In this document: positions 1-7,472 of the stretch, in pieces
Layout: the number at the start of each line of letters is the position of its first letter
Position numbering within the stretch: the stretch's first letter is position 1
Source: Caedimonas varicaedens
GTDB lineage: Bacteria; Pseudomonadota; Alphaproteobacteria; Caedimonadales; Caedimonadaceae
Length of the DNA: 10,290 nt
Reading direction: 5' to 3'
Assembly (NCBI GenBank): GCA_001192655.1
Contig: BBVC01000080.1
Coordinates: 1 to 10,290 of the forward strand
Program-made: the position numbers and the translations under genes
Notes under the pieces: model-generated
Databases searched by the model: none
What the model was told of the DNA's origin: nothing
What the model saw: the letters and a program-made list of their open reading frames with translations, nothing else

Positions 1-122
1 ACAACTATTATCATTTTGAATAAACAGCGATCTACGAGCATTTGAATAGTTCTTGCTTAGACGAAAAAGAGTTAATTTCATATCTAAATGAAGTTTCTAT
101 CCAAGATTGACACTGATAAAAG

Positions 123-689
123 TTAATACATGAAAATAAGCTGATAAGCCGCCATAGCTGCCATACCAAAATTTTCCAGGATACTGACTGTACTCAAGGG
201 GACATTCAGGACAGCCCCCAAACACGCACAGTTGATTTTTTGATGCGACAAAATACTGTTCAACACCCCTATTCCACTGACAAACATGACGATAACGGTT
301 ATCCAATTTATTAATAAAGGGTTGAACTGAGAAAGATAAGCTATTCCCAGAAAAAACTCTATAAAAGGATAGGCATATCCATAAACCTGAAAGCGTTTTG
401 TAACAAGATCGTAAGTTGAAAATCCTTCAACAAATCCTCTCAGATCAAAAAACTTGAATAACGAGAGAAAAGTAAAAAAGTATCCCATGAAATAAGACAT
501 AAATTTTTCAGCCTCAAAGGGCTGTATTTGGCTGAGAGGAATCAAAAGACAGAAAACAAGAATGACGATGAGTGGCTTGTAACTCATGAGACTTTCTCTA
601 ATATTTTGAAGTCCTATACTGTCCACATTGAGAGAGTCACTGTGACAGCTCTCTTTTTTATCCTTGTGGTGCAGAGAATGATTTTCCAT
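123..689 (-). CDS. MauE/DoxX-like integral membrane protein (redox-associated, CxC motif). Second gene of the csoR-like operon.
   Basis: 188-aa ORF with about 4 hydrophobic segments (LIVILVFCLLIPL, FMGYFFTFLSLF, YAYPFIEFFLGIAYL, INWITVIVMFVSGIGVL, plus C-terminal ENFGMAAMAAYQLI). It carries the motif KINCACLGAVLNVPLSTVS, which I recall as typical of the MauE (methylamine utilisation MauE/DoxX) family. The N-terminal soluble tail is His/Cys-rich (MENHSLHHKDKKESCHSD). The ATG at 689 lies 13 nt after the csoR stop and has an AAGG Shine-Dalgarno-like box about 9 nt upstream. An alternative start is M36 (MSYKPL). The family assignment is from memory and is not HMM-verified. Confidence 0.7.
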   Translation of the reverse strand: MENHSLHHKDKKESCHSDSLNVDSIGLQNIRESLMSYKPLIVILVFCLLIPLSQIQPFEAEKFMSYFMGYFFTFLSLFKFFDLRGFVEGFSTYDLVTKRFQVYGYAYPFIEFFLGIAYLSQFNPLLINWITVIVMFVSGIGVLNSILSHQKINCACLGAVLNVPLSTVSILENFGMAAMAAYQLIFMY

Positions 690-702
690 GGTATAGCCTT
701 AC

Positions 703-999
703 TTAATCAAACCTTTTGATCATTTGTTGAATTTCTTCGATTTTTTGTTTCTGTTTTTTCGGGTTGTTATTCTCAAAAGCTTCTAAGACACAGTGTGACA
801 GGTGACTATTCAGTATCAGTACTTCTAAATTTCTTAGGGCAGCTCGAGCTGCGTGTAATTGAATAAGAATCTCAGGACAATATCGTTGATCCCTGATCAT
901 TTTCTGAACTCCTGCTATTTGCCCTGCAATGCGATTAAGGCGCGACAAATGTTTGGCATGAGAGGGATGGCCCTGATGTTCACATTCCTGAATCTTCAT
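703..999 (-). CDS. csoR: CsoR/RcnR/FrmR-family (DUF156) metal- or persulfide-sensing transcriptional repressor, CsoR-type C-H-C ligand set
   Basis: 98-aa ORF with the family signature RLNRIAGQIAGVQKMIRDQRYCPEILIQL. Cys41, His66 and Cys70 are spaced +25 and +29. This is the same spacing as Cys36, His61 and Cys65 of M. tuberculosis CsoR (x-C-H-C fingerprint). Tyr40 precedes the Cys, as does the CsoR second-shell Tyr. The size matches the family (about 90-110 aa). Confidence 0.9.
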   Translation of the reverse strand: MKIQECEHQGHPSHAKHLSRLNRIAGQIAGVQKMIRDQRYCPEILIQLHAARAALRNLEVLILNSHLSHCVLEAFENNNPKKQKQKIEEIQQMIKRFD

Positions 1000-1034
1000 A
1001 ATTTTATGACCTGCAATATAATCTATTACCTTAT

Positions 1035-1063
1035 AGTATATACCCCTGTAGGGTATATTTCAA
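1035..1063 (-). promoter_or_regulatory. Sigma70-like promoter of the csoR/MauE-like operon
   Basis: The minus strand reads TTGAAA (plus coords 1058-1063), then a 17-nt spacer (TATACCCTACAGGGGTA), then TATACT (plus coords 1035-1040). The implied 5' UTR to the ATG at 999 is about 29 nt. The operator occupies the spacer, a classic repression geometry. Confidence 0.6.
1038..1058 (-). promoter_or_regulatory. Putative CsoR operator: perfect inverted repeat ATATACCC-CTGTA-GGGTATAT
   Basis: The arms are 8 nt and perfectly complementary, with a 5-nt spacer. The site lies 39-59 nt upstream of the csoR ATG. An AT-rich flank plus C/G tract palindrome (TACCC...GGGTA) is the general architecture reported for CsoR-family operators, as I recall it. 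It sits exactly between and overlapping the predicted -35 and -10 boxes. Confidence 0.7.
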
Positions 1064-1179
1064 GGGAACAAATTATATCAAATAGATTCATCTTTTATGA
1101 AATACTCGCTTCCTGGTTGGTGTTGAGTCTGGAATATGATATGGGATAAGAAAGAAAACTTATCTCTATTAGAGGAACC

Positions 1180-2526
1180 ATGAAACCCGTTGTTCGTTTT
1201 GCTCCCAGTCCTACGGGGCTTTTGCATATTGGGAATGCCCGCACGGCTCTTATCAATTGGCTCTTTGCGCGGCATCATCAGGGAACTTTTATTCTCAGGC
1301 TGGATGATACAGATTTAGAGCGCTCAAAAGATGAATATACCCAGGCTCTCTTTCAGGATTTAGCATGGCTGGGTATGTCTTATGATGCGTTTCATGTGCA
1401 GTCCACACGGCTGGATCGGTACAGTCTTGCCGCAGAAAAGTTGAAAGAGGCAGGGCGGCTTTATCCCTGCTATGAAACGCAGCTTGAGCTTGACTTTAAG
1501 CGTCGCTTACAGCGCACACAGGGTCTGCCCCCTGTTTATGACCGGGCCGCCTTAAAGCTTTCTGCCCATGAGAAAAAAAAGTATGAAGACGAAGGACGCA
1601 CCCCCCATTGGCGCTTTTTACTGAAATCAGACCCCATTGCCTGGAATGATTTGTCGCGGGGAGAGTTAAGGTTTGAACGCAATACCATGAGTGACCCTAT
1701 TCTCATTCGGGAAGATAGCTCGCCTGTTTATACTTTATCTTCTGTTGTTGACGATATTGAACTGGGAGTTACTCACATTCTGCGGGGTGAAGACCATATC
1801 AGCAATACGGCAGTTCAGATTCAGCTTTTTGAGGCTCTTGGCGCTGATGCGCGTTCATTTACGTTTGGTCATCTCCCCATGTTAGTGGGTGAACGGGGTG
1901 AGTCTCTTTCAAAGAGATTTGGTAGTCTCAGTCTTCATTCCCTACGCACGGAAGGGCTGGAGAGTCTCGCCCTTGCCAGTTATCTTGTAAAATTAGGAAC
2001 GTCGGATGATATCGTGCCAGCGCTTTCTCTTCATCATTTGGTTGAGGATTTTGACATGAACCATTTTGGTCGTTCCTCTCCAAGATTCTCGGTGGAAATG
2101 CTGGAAAGATTAAATGCAAAACTTCTTCATCACTGGTTATACGAAGAAGTCACACCACGCCTTAAGGAGCTTTCTCTAGAAAATGTGGATAAAACATTCT
2201 GGCAAGCCGTTCATGGAAATCTCAATAAACTGTCTGATCTTCATCACTTTCAGGAAATATGCCAGGGACAAGTTGTTCCGAAAATTGAGGATCACGATTA
2301 TATTAAGTTGGCTCTCGAACTTTTACCAGAAGCGCCCTGGACGATTGAAACATGGAGAGATTGGACAGGACTTTTGAAGGAAAAAACAGAGCGTCGGGGG
2401 AAAGAACTTTTTATGCCTTTGCGTTTAGCTCTGACAGGCGAATCTCATGGCCCGGAAATGAAGGACTTGCTTCCACTGATCGGACGAGAAAAAGTGGAGA
2501 AACGTCTTCTGGGCATAACAACGTAA
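1180..2526 (+). CDS. gltX: Glutamyl-tRNA synthetase (class I aaRS, short alphaproteobacterial-type form)
   Basis: 448 aa. The N-terminus RFAPSPTGLLHIGNARTAL carries the HIGH motif (HIGN). It also has LRLDDTD, the VVDD...THILRGEDH core and a KMSKS-variant SLSKRFG. AGAGGAA lies just upstream of the ATG. Only one Cys is present in the YPCYET region, where E. coli GluRS has its Zn-binding CxC, so it is probably a Zn-free type. Confidence 0.97.
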   Translation: MKPVVRFAPSPTGLLHIGNARTALINWLFARHHQGTFILRLDDTDLERSKDEYTQALFQDLAWLGMSYDAFHVQSTRLDRYSLAAEKLKEAGRLYPCYETQLELDFKRRLQRTQGLPPVYDRAALKLSAHEKKKYEDEGRTPHWRFLLKSDPIAWNDLSRGELRFERNTMSDPILIREDSSPVYTLSSVVDDIELGVTHILRGEDHISNTAVQIQLFEALGADARSFTFGHLPMLVGERGESLSKRFGSLSLHSLRTEGLESLALASYLVKLGTSDDIVPALSLHHLVEDFDMNHFGRSSPRFSVEMLERLNAKLLHHWLYEEVTPRLKELSLENVDKTFWQAVHGNLNKLSDLHHFQEICQGQVVPKIEDHDYIKLALELLPEAPWTIETWRDWTGLLKEKTERRGKELFMPLRLALTGESHGPEMKDLLPLIGREKVEKRLLGITT

Positions 2527-2539
2527 GAGAGTTTTTTCT

Positions 2540-3919
2540 ATGACACTCTGTCTGCACAATACCCTTACTGGAAAAATTGAGCTCTTCAGGCCTCTTCACC
2601 CAGATCGCGTGAGCATGTATGTGTGCGGTCCTACTGTTTATGATCGCGCTCATTTGGGAAATTTCCGGCCGGTTGTTGTCTTCGATGTGCTTTACCGATT
2701 TCTGAAGAAATTTTATGATGTAACGTATGTCCGCAACATTACAGATATTGACGATAAGATCATCAATGCTGTCAGGACTTCAGGAAAATCCATTGGAGTT
2801 TTGACAGAAGAAACCACTCGTTTTTTTCATGAAGACAGTCAATCTCTGGGCGCTCTTCAACCCACAATCGAACCGCGAGCAACAACACACATCCCTGAGA
2901 TGATTGCCTTGATCAAGGTGCTTTTTGATCAGGGGCTTGCCTATGAGGTGCAGGAGCATGTCCTCTTTCACGTTCCCAATCTGCCTTCTTATGGTGAACT
3001 CTCTCATATCCGTCGCAAAGATATGATTGCGGGCGCCCGTGTAGAAGTAGCGCCCTATAAAAAGGATCCGTCAGATTTTATTCTCTGGAAACCTTCAGAT
3101 GAGACACAACCGGGTTGGGAGAGTCCCTGGGGATACGGACGACCAGGCTGGCACATTGAATGTTCTGCCATGAGTCTGAAACACCTGGGAGAAAGTTTTG
3201 ATATTCATGCGGGGGGACAAGATTTAATTTTTCCCCATCACGAAAATGAGATTGCGCAAAGTACTGGTGCTCATGGAGCAGGAACATTCGCGCGGTATTG
3301 GTTGCATAATGGTGTTCTTACCATCAATGGTGAAAAAATGTCAAAATCACTGGGGAATTTTATCACTTTGACTGATCTTCTCCAGAAAGCTCGTGGAGAA
3401 ACAATCCGGCTTGCTCTTCTTTTAACCCATTATCGACAGCCACTCGATCTGACAGACGAAACATTGCCTCGCGCACGCGCGATACTGAACCGACTCTATG
3501 GTGCTCTGGAAGACTTTGATCGACATTCTCCTGCTCTATCAAAAGAAATAGACACGCAGGTCGTGACAGCTTTGGAAGATGATTTGAATATACCTCTTGC
3601 TCTGTCCCGGCTTCATTCGCTAGCCAGTGAGATCTATAAACTTCCCACAGGGTCACAGCGAAGCCTCTTGCAGCATACGCTGTGGACAAGTGGAGAAGTG
3701 TTGGGGCTTTTACAAAGCGAACCCCAGTCCTGGCTTCAGGGAAAAGAATCATCGTCTCAGGAGCTGTCTGTTGAGGAGATAGAAGAATGGATTGACAAGC
3801 GCACAGCGGCACGTCAGGCGAAAAATTTTATAGAATCTGATCGTATTCGCGACATGCTCGCGGCTCACGGGGTACTTTTGCTTGATTCCCCCGCAAGCAC
3901 AACCTGGCGACGAACATGA
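2540..3919 (+). CDS. cysS: Cysteinyl-tRNA synthetase
   Basis: 459 aa. [18 protein letters not shown] carries the HIGH motif (HLGN) and the Zn-binding Cys. Other motifs are [19 protein letters not shown] and KMSKSLGNF. The ATG is 13 nt after the gltX stop, with GAGAG upstream. Confidence 0.97.
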   Translation: MTLCLHNTLTGKIELFRPLHPDRVSMYVCGPTVYDRAHLGNFRPVVVFDVLYRFLKKFYDVTYVRNITDIDDKIINAVRTSGKSIGVLTEETTRFFHEDSQSLGALQPTIEPRATTHIPEMIALIKVLFDQGLAYEVQEHVLFHVPNLPSYGELSHIRRKDMIAGARVEVAPYKKDPSDFILWKPSDETQPGWESPWGYGRPGWHIECSAMSLKHLGESFDIHAGGQDLIFPHHENEIAQSTGAHGAGTFARYWLHNGVLTINGEKMSKSLGNFITLTDLLQKARGETIRLALLLTHYRQPLDLTDETLPRARAILNRLYGALEDFDRHSPALSKEIDTQVVTALEDDLNIPLALSRLHSLASEIYKLPTGSQRSLLQHTLWTSGEVLGLLQSEPQSWLQGKESSSQELSVEEIEEWIDKRTAARQAKNFIESDRIRDMLAAHGVLLLDSPASTTWRRT

Positions 3920-4695
3920 TCACCTCTTGCATGACGACGATGCCTAAGCCTGTTATTATTCTAATTGAAACCCAAATGGCACGTAATATCGGTACAACAG
4001 CCCGAGCAATGTTAAATTTTGGATTGACACGATTACGGCTGGTCAGGCCTTTGGCTGACCCTCTTTCCAAGGACGCTCGCGCACTTGCAGCAGGCGCTGA
4101 TGAAGTTCTGGAACAGGCTGAGATCTTTGAAAAAACAGAAGATGCCTTGTCCGATCTTCATTATACTTATGCCACCACAGCCCGCCCTCGCGACATGGTA
4201 GGGGTTCATATGACACCCCGCCAAGCGGCGGAAGTCATGCTTCAGCATACAATAGAAAACACGCATGTTGGCGTCTTATTTGGCCCTGAACGTGCTGGAC
4301 TGAACAACGAAGATGTAGCGCTGTGTACCGGAACGATTTCAGTTCCCCTCAATCCACATTTCAGCTCTCTCAACCTTGCGCAAGCGGTTTTACTGGTCGC
4401 TTATGAGACGTATCAGGCAGCCCAAACACTTTCCCCTCTTCATTTAAAGCAGGGAGAAAGCGAGCTTGCCACAAAAGGGGAACTCATTGATTTTTTTGAT
4501 CATTTGGAAAGTGAGCTTGATCAGGCAGGGTACTTTCGGACGGCACATAAGCGTCCTAAAATGGTGCGCTCTATTCATACGATGTTTTCTCGCATTCCCT
4601 TTACAGCACAGGAAGTACGCACCTTGCGGGGGATTATTTCTGATTTGGTTAAACCAAAAAGAATAGTTTCACGTCAATCAAAACGTCAGGAATAG
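3916..4695 (+). CDS. trmJ: SpoU/TrmH-family RNA 2'-O-methyltransferase, TrmJ-like (tRNA C/U32 methyltransferase group)
   Basis: 259 aa. VIILIETQMARNIGTTARAMLNFGLTRLRLVRP aligns with the E. coli TrmJ N-terminus ([30 protein letters not shown].P). SpoU motifs VLFGPERAGLNNEDV and ISVPLNPHFSSLNLAQAVLLVAYE are present. The ATG overlaps the cysS TGA (ATGA at 3916-3919). In-frame alternative starts exist at 3934 and 3943 (MPKPVIIL), so the start is uncertain by up to 9 codons. Confidence 0.85.
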   Translation: MITSCMTTMPKPVIILIETQMARNIGTTARAMLNFGLTRLRLVRPLADPLSKDARALAAGADEVLEQAEIFEKTEDALSDLHYTYATTARPRDMVGVHMTPRQAAEVMLQHTIENTHVGVLFGPERAGLNNEDVALCTGTISVPLNPHFSSLNLAQAVLLVAYETYQAAQTLSPLHLKQGESELATKGELIDFFDHLESELDQAGYFRTAHKRPKMVRSIHTMFSRIPFTAQEVRTLRGIISDLVKPKRIVSRQSKRQE

Positions 4696-4711
4696 GTCGA
4701 GACCTTATATA

Positions 4712-6076
4712 TCAAACGGTGAGCTGTTCACCTGTCAGGCTATTGAGAGTGGCACCTGCAATTTTTACAGAAGAAATAGAGCCGATGAAAGATGAATCTA
4801 GTTCAGCATGAACCGATTGAAGATAAGGGCTACGGCCGATGAGTTGTTCCCGATGTCGTCCTGGTTTTTCCCATAAAACAGGTAGAATCCTCCCGATCAT
4901 CAACTTGTTAAAAGCTGTTTGCTGTTCTCTCAAAAGGCTTTGCAGCCTTTCAAGCCGCTCAGTTTTAACTTCTTCAGAGATGTGATTGTCCATAAGAGCA
5001 GCGGGCGTGCCAGGGCGTGGGCTATACTTGAAAGAATAAGCCTGGGCGTAATGCACTGCTTTCACCAAATTCAAAGTCGCTTGAAAGTCTTCTTCACTTT
5101 CTCCAGGATATCCTACAATGAAATCGCTTGAAAAAACCAAATCAGGGCAAACTTCACGGAATTGATGAAGGATCGCAAGATATTCGGCAATGGTGTGCTT
5201 ACGGTTCATTGCCTTAAGAATTTTGTCAGATCCTGATTGAACTGGCAGATGGAGATAAGGCATCAATTTTTTCACATCACGATGAGCTTCAATAAGTTCC
5301 TGATCCACATCTTTGGGGTGCGAGGTTGTATAACGAATACGTTCTAGTCCTTCAATTTCTGCAAGAGCACGAATAAGTCGTCCCAACCCCCACACGACCT
5401 TACCCTGGGGTGCCTCGCCATGATAGGCATTGACGTTTTGTCCTAAAAGCGTGATCTCCCGCACACCCTTGCTGACTAAAAGACGTGCATCCTTCAGAAC
5501 CGAAGCTGCAGGACGAGAGTATTCTGCACCTCGTGTATACGGCACCACACAAAAATGGCAGAATTTATCACATCCTTCCTGGATAGACAGAAAAGCAGCT
5601 GCTCCCTGGGGATTACTGATTTCAGGAAAATAATCGAATTTTACTTCTTCCGGAAAATCAATATTAAGAACGCCTCGCCCGGGGCCACCACCCATTGAGC
5701 GACGACGCTCAGCCTGAGCTAACATTTCAGGAAGGTGATGATAGGTTTGTGGGCCAAAAACCATGTCTACATATTTTGCCCGCTTCATAATTTCTTCTCC
5801 CTCAGCTTGGGCTGTGCAACCCGCAACAGCAATCAGAAGGGGGTGTCCTGCGGCAATTCTTGCATCTTTAATTTCCTTGATGCGGCCAAGATCAGAGTAA
5901 ACTTTTTCAGTCGCTTTTTCGCGAATATGGCATGTATTTAAAATAATGAGATCTGCCTCATCAGGCTTTAAAGCGGTGCGATAACCCAGAGGCGCCAAAA
6001 TCTCAGCCATACGTTCAGAATCGTAGACATTCATTTGGCATCCATAACTTTTAATATAAACTGCTTTCACTTCCAA
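4712..6076 (-). CDS. miaB: tRNA-i6A37 methylthiotransferase MiaB (radical SAM MTTase)
   Basis: 454 aa. The N-terminal MTTase Cys triad is present (YGCQMN, LNTCHIREKA, VAGCTAQ), as is the radical-SAM motif CDKFCHFCVVPYTRG and a C-terminal TRAM-like domain. The start is TTG at 6076, preceded by GGAGA with a 4-nt spacer. The GTG two codons downstream is an alternative start. Confidence 0.96.
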   Translation of the reverse strand: MEVKAVYIKSYGCQMNVYDSERMAEILAPLGYRTALKPDEADLIILNTCHIREKATEKVYSDLGRIKEIKDARIAAGHPLLIAVAGCTAQAEGEEIMKRAKYVDMVFGPQTYHHLPEMLAQAERRRSMGGGPGRGVLNIDFPEEVKFDYFPEISNPQGAAAFLSIQEGCDKFCHFCVVPYTRGAEYSRPAASVLKDARLLVSKGVREITLLGQNVNAYHGEAPQGKVVWGLGRLIRALAEIEGLERIRYTTSHPKDVDQELIEAHRDVKKLMPYLHLPVQSGSDKILKAMNRKHTIAEYLAILHQFREVCPDLVFSSDFIVGYPGESEEDFQATLNLVKAVHYAQAYSFKYSPRPGTPAALMDNHISEEVKTERLERLQSLLREQQTAFNKLMIGRILPVLWEKPGRHREQLIGRSPYLQSVHAELDSSFIGSISSVKIAGATLNSLTGEQLTV

Positions 6077-6256
6077 AAAATCTCCACGCGCACCATTCCA
6101 AAGAAATGATATACTCTTTTTTATTGCCTAATTGAAGCAATAGTATTCTCAGCCCTGAAATGGATCGAAAATACAAGCACATATTTTAACTTTTTATTTG
6201 CCTTTTTAGCATAAGCTTGTCATTTTCCTGGGATAATAATTAAAAAGGGGGCTACC

Positions 6257-6886
6257 GTGTCTATCTACAAAAAAATAATGGTTGTGTGGGTTTTGGCGTC
6301 AATGGCTCAAATTCAGGCATCTTCTTCTGAAAAAGAGTTTTCTGGTAATGACCTTGAATCACATCAGATTTTAAGAATCAGATTTACACCTGAAAAGCCT
6401 GTATTTAACGAATTAGAAACAATAGATGCCATGGCAACACTGGGAAGCAGAGATAGTAAACCTATTATACCCATTTCGTCGGAGTTTTTTCACAAGAAAA
6501 CAGCACCAGCAGCTTTTATTTTATACAATCAAAAAGTGATGCCTGATGGGCTCACTGACCCTCTTGAGATGACGGCTCCAAAATATATTTTTAACGACGT
6601 TTGCTTTGTGGAAGAAACGATAAAACTGGTTCTTTATAATAGTATTGTGGAGAGTCCGTGCTCTTGCATTCACATTGAAGCCCAAGACACTTCGAGACCT
6701 ATACAACTTAAAGGGGGTGTCAATTTCGACCCTAATTCTGCGCTGAATGAATCTCAGGATGATGATTTTACATCTTTTTTTGAAGATCTAACAGGTGGAA
6801 CACTACTTTATAAACCAAAAAGTTTATATGATCCTTCGAGTACTCTATGGCTCACAAATGCCAAGGTCACAATCTTTTACAAATAA
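6257..6886 (+). CDS. Hypothetical secreted protein (orphan; Sec signal peptide; no family recognised)
   Basis: 209-aa ORF. The GTG start at 6257 lies 5 nt downstream of AAGGGGG (6245-6251). The N-terminus MSIYKKIMVVWVLASMAQIQA/SSSEK has a KK n-region, a hydrophobic core and an A-x-A-like cleavage site. The ATG at 6278 is an alternative start, but using it would remove the charged n-region. The mature part has 3 Cys (one CSC pair) and an acidic patch (ESQDDDFTSFFEDL). I recognise no motif. A sampled line has lower GC than the flanking genes. Confidence 0.6.
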   Translation: MSIYKKIMVVWVLASMAQIQASSSEKEFSGNDLESHQILRIRFTPEKPVFNELETIDAMATLGSRDSKPIIPISSEFFHKKTAPAAFILYNQKVMPDGLTDPLEMTAPKYIFNDVCFVEETIKLVLYNSIVESPCSCIHIEAQDTSRPIQLKGGVNFDPNSALNESQDDDFTSFFEDLTGGTLLYKPKSLYDPSSTLWLTNAKVTIFYK

Positions 6887-6931
6887 TGCTCTTGCCGTGG
6901 CAACCCACGAGGATTGAGAATCCCTTAATTT

Positions 6932-7459
6932 TCATTGGCGCGAATCAAAGCTGAAAATAATTCGATTCGGTTGATGCTGATCATAATCAATGGTTTTTAT
7001 TTCCTCTCTATAACAATCTCCTGTATATGTGGAAATCGTTTTACGCCAAAAATTCAAAGCAGACTTATTCTCAGGGATAACAGAAACTTCCCAGTGACCT
7101 GGGTGTAGTATCCAGATTTGGTGAGCCACTTTTCTGCCTATACCCTGACCCTGAAATTTTGCAAGAATGAAAAACTCACCCATATTCCATTTTGTTTCCG
7201 GTGATGTTCCAGCTTGATTCAAAAGAACAAAACCGGTCAGTTCATCTGCGACTTTCACCAGCCAGGCTTTCCTTGTTGCTTCTTCAAAATAATTTTTGAA
7301 GTCAAAGCTTTCATAAAGTCCGTCTGAAGGTATCGCCCAATCTTCTGAAATTAACCCACACTCACGGGACAAATCATAAACATAAAAGCGTGCCATGTTT
7401 TGAATAGTAGGGTAATCAGCAAGAGTTGCTGGCAGGATGTGGACATTATTCATTATCAT
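6932..7459 (-). CDS. GNAT-family N-acetyltransferase (COG5628-like predicted acetyltransferase)
   Basis: The acetyl-CoA binding motif FFILAKFQGQGIGRKVAHQI (Q/R-x-x-G-x-G/A) is present, followed by WEVSVIPENKSALNFWRK, a typical GNAT C-terminal beta-alpha unit. The track ORF begins at a TTG (7501) inside the aminotransferase gene. I prefer the ATG at 7459 (MIMNNVHIL), or the ATG at 7453 which has GGA 6 nt upstream. Both lie just after the aatA stop at 7473. The stop is TGA at 6932-6934. Confidence 0.8.
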   Translation of the reverse strand: MIMNNVHILPATLADYPTIQNMARFYVYDLSRECGLISEDWAIPSDGLYESFDFKNYFEEATRKAWLVKVADELTGFVLLNQAGTSPETKWNMGEFFILAKFQGQGIGRKVAHQIWILHPGHWEVSVIPENKSALNFWRKTISTYTGDCYREEIKTIDYDQHQPNRIIFSFDSRQ

Positions 7460-7472
7460 TCCAATTGTTTTT

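Noticed and set aside
1-81. Possible third gene of the csoR operon on the minus strand (ATG at 81, MKLTLFRLSKNYSNARRSLFIQNDNSC..., open to the window edge), or a + strand gene tail ending at TGA 43-45
   Set aside because: Only 27 codons are visible, there is no Shine-Dalgarno box, and the sequence is AT-rich. I cannot distinguish a real gene start from chance, so I have not reported it as a feature.
97-306. 69-aa ORF overlapping the 3' part of the MauE-like gene in another frame
   Set aside because: It lies on the same strand as the better-supported 188-aa membrane-protein ORF but out of frame, and it has no start context. It is spurious.
859-1278. Track ORFs 859..1149 (+) and 1078..1278 (-) spanning the csoR/gltX intergenic region
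   Set aside because: They overlap the well-supported csoR and gltX genes on the opposite strand and cross the promoter/operator region. They have no motifs or RBS. They are best explained as chance ORFs.
1573-1580. Homopolymer tracts inside genes (A8 in gltX at 1573-1580, T7 in cysS near 2821, T7 in trmJ at 4491-4497), possible slippage or phase-variation sites
   Set aside because: All three reading frames are intact and full length, with conserved motifs on both sides. Tracts of this length are expected in AT-rich genomes.
2184-2192. Perfect DnaA-box 9-mer (TGTGGATAA = TTATCCACA reverse complement) inside gltX
   Set aside because: It is a single isolated box within a coding region. There is no cluster of boxes, AT-rich unwinding element or dnaA/dnaN context, so it is not an origin.
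3363-3812. 149-aa ORF antisense to cysS
   Set aside because: It is embedded entirely opposite a strongly conserved cysS region. It has no RBS or recognisable motif, and its Arg/Leu/Ser-biased composition is typical of antisense frames of real genes.
6122-6142. Inverted repeat TATTGC-N9-GCAATA in the miaB/orphan divergent intergenic region
   Set aside because: The AT-rich arms are only 6 bp, which is well within chance expectation for a 180-nt AT-rich spacer. There is no second copy or associated regulator.
6896-6909. Hairpin CGTGG-CAAC-CCACG between the convergent orphan and GNAT genes, a possible bidirectional terminator
   Set aside because: The stem is only 5 bp and there is no T-tract on either strand. 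This is too weak to call a terminator.
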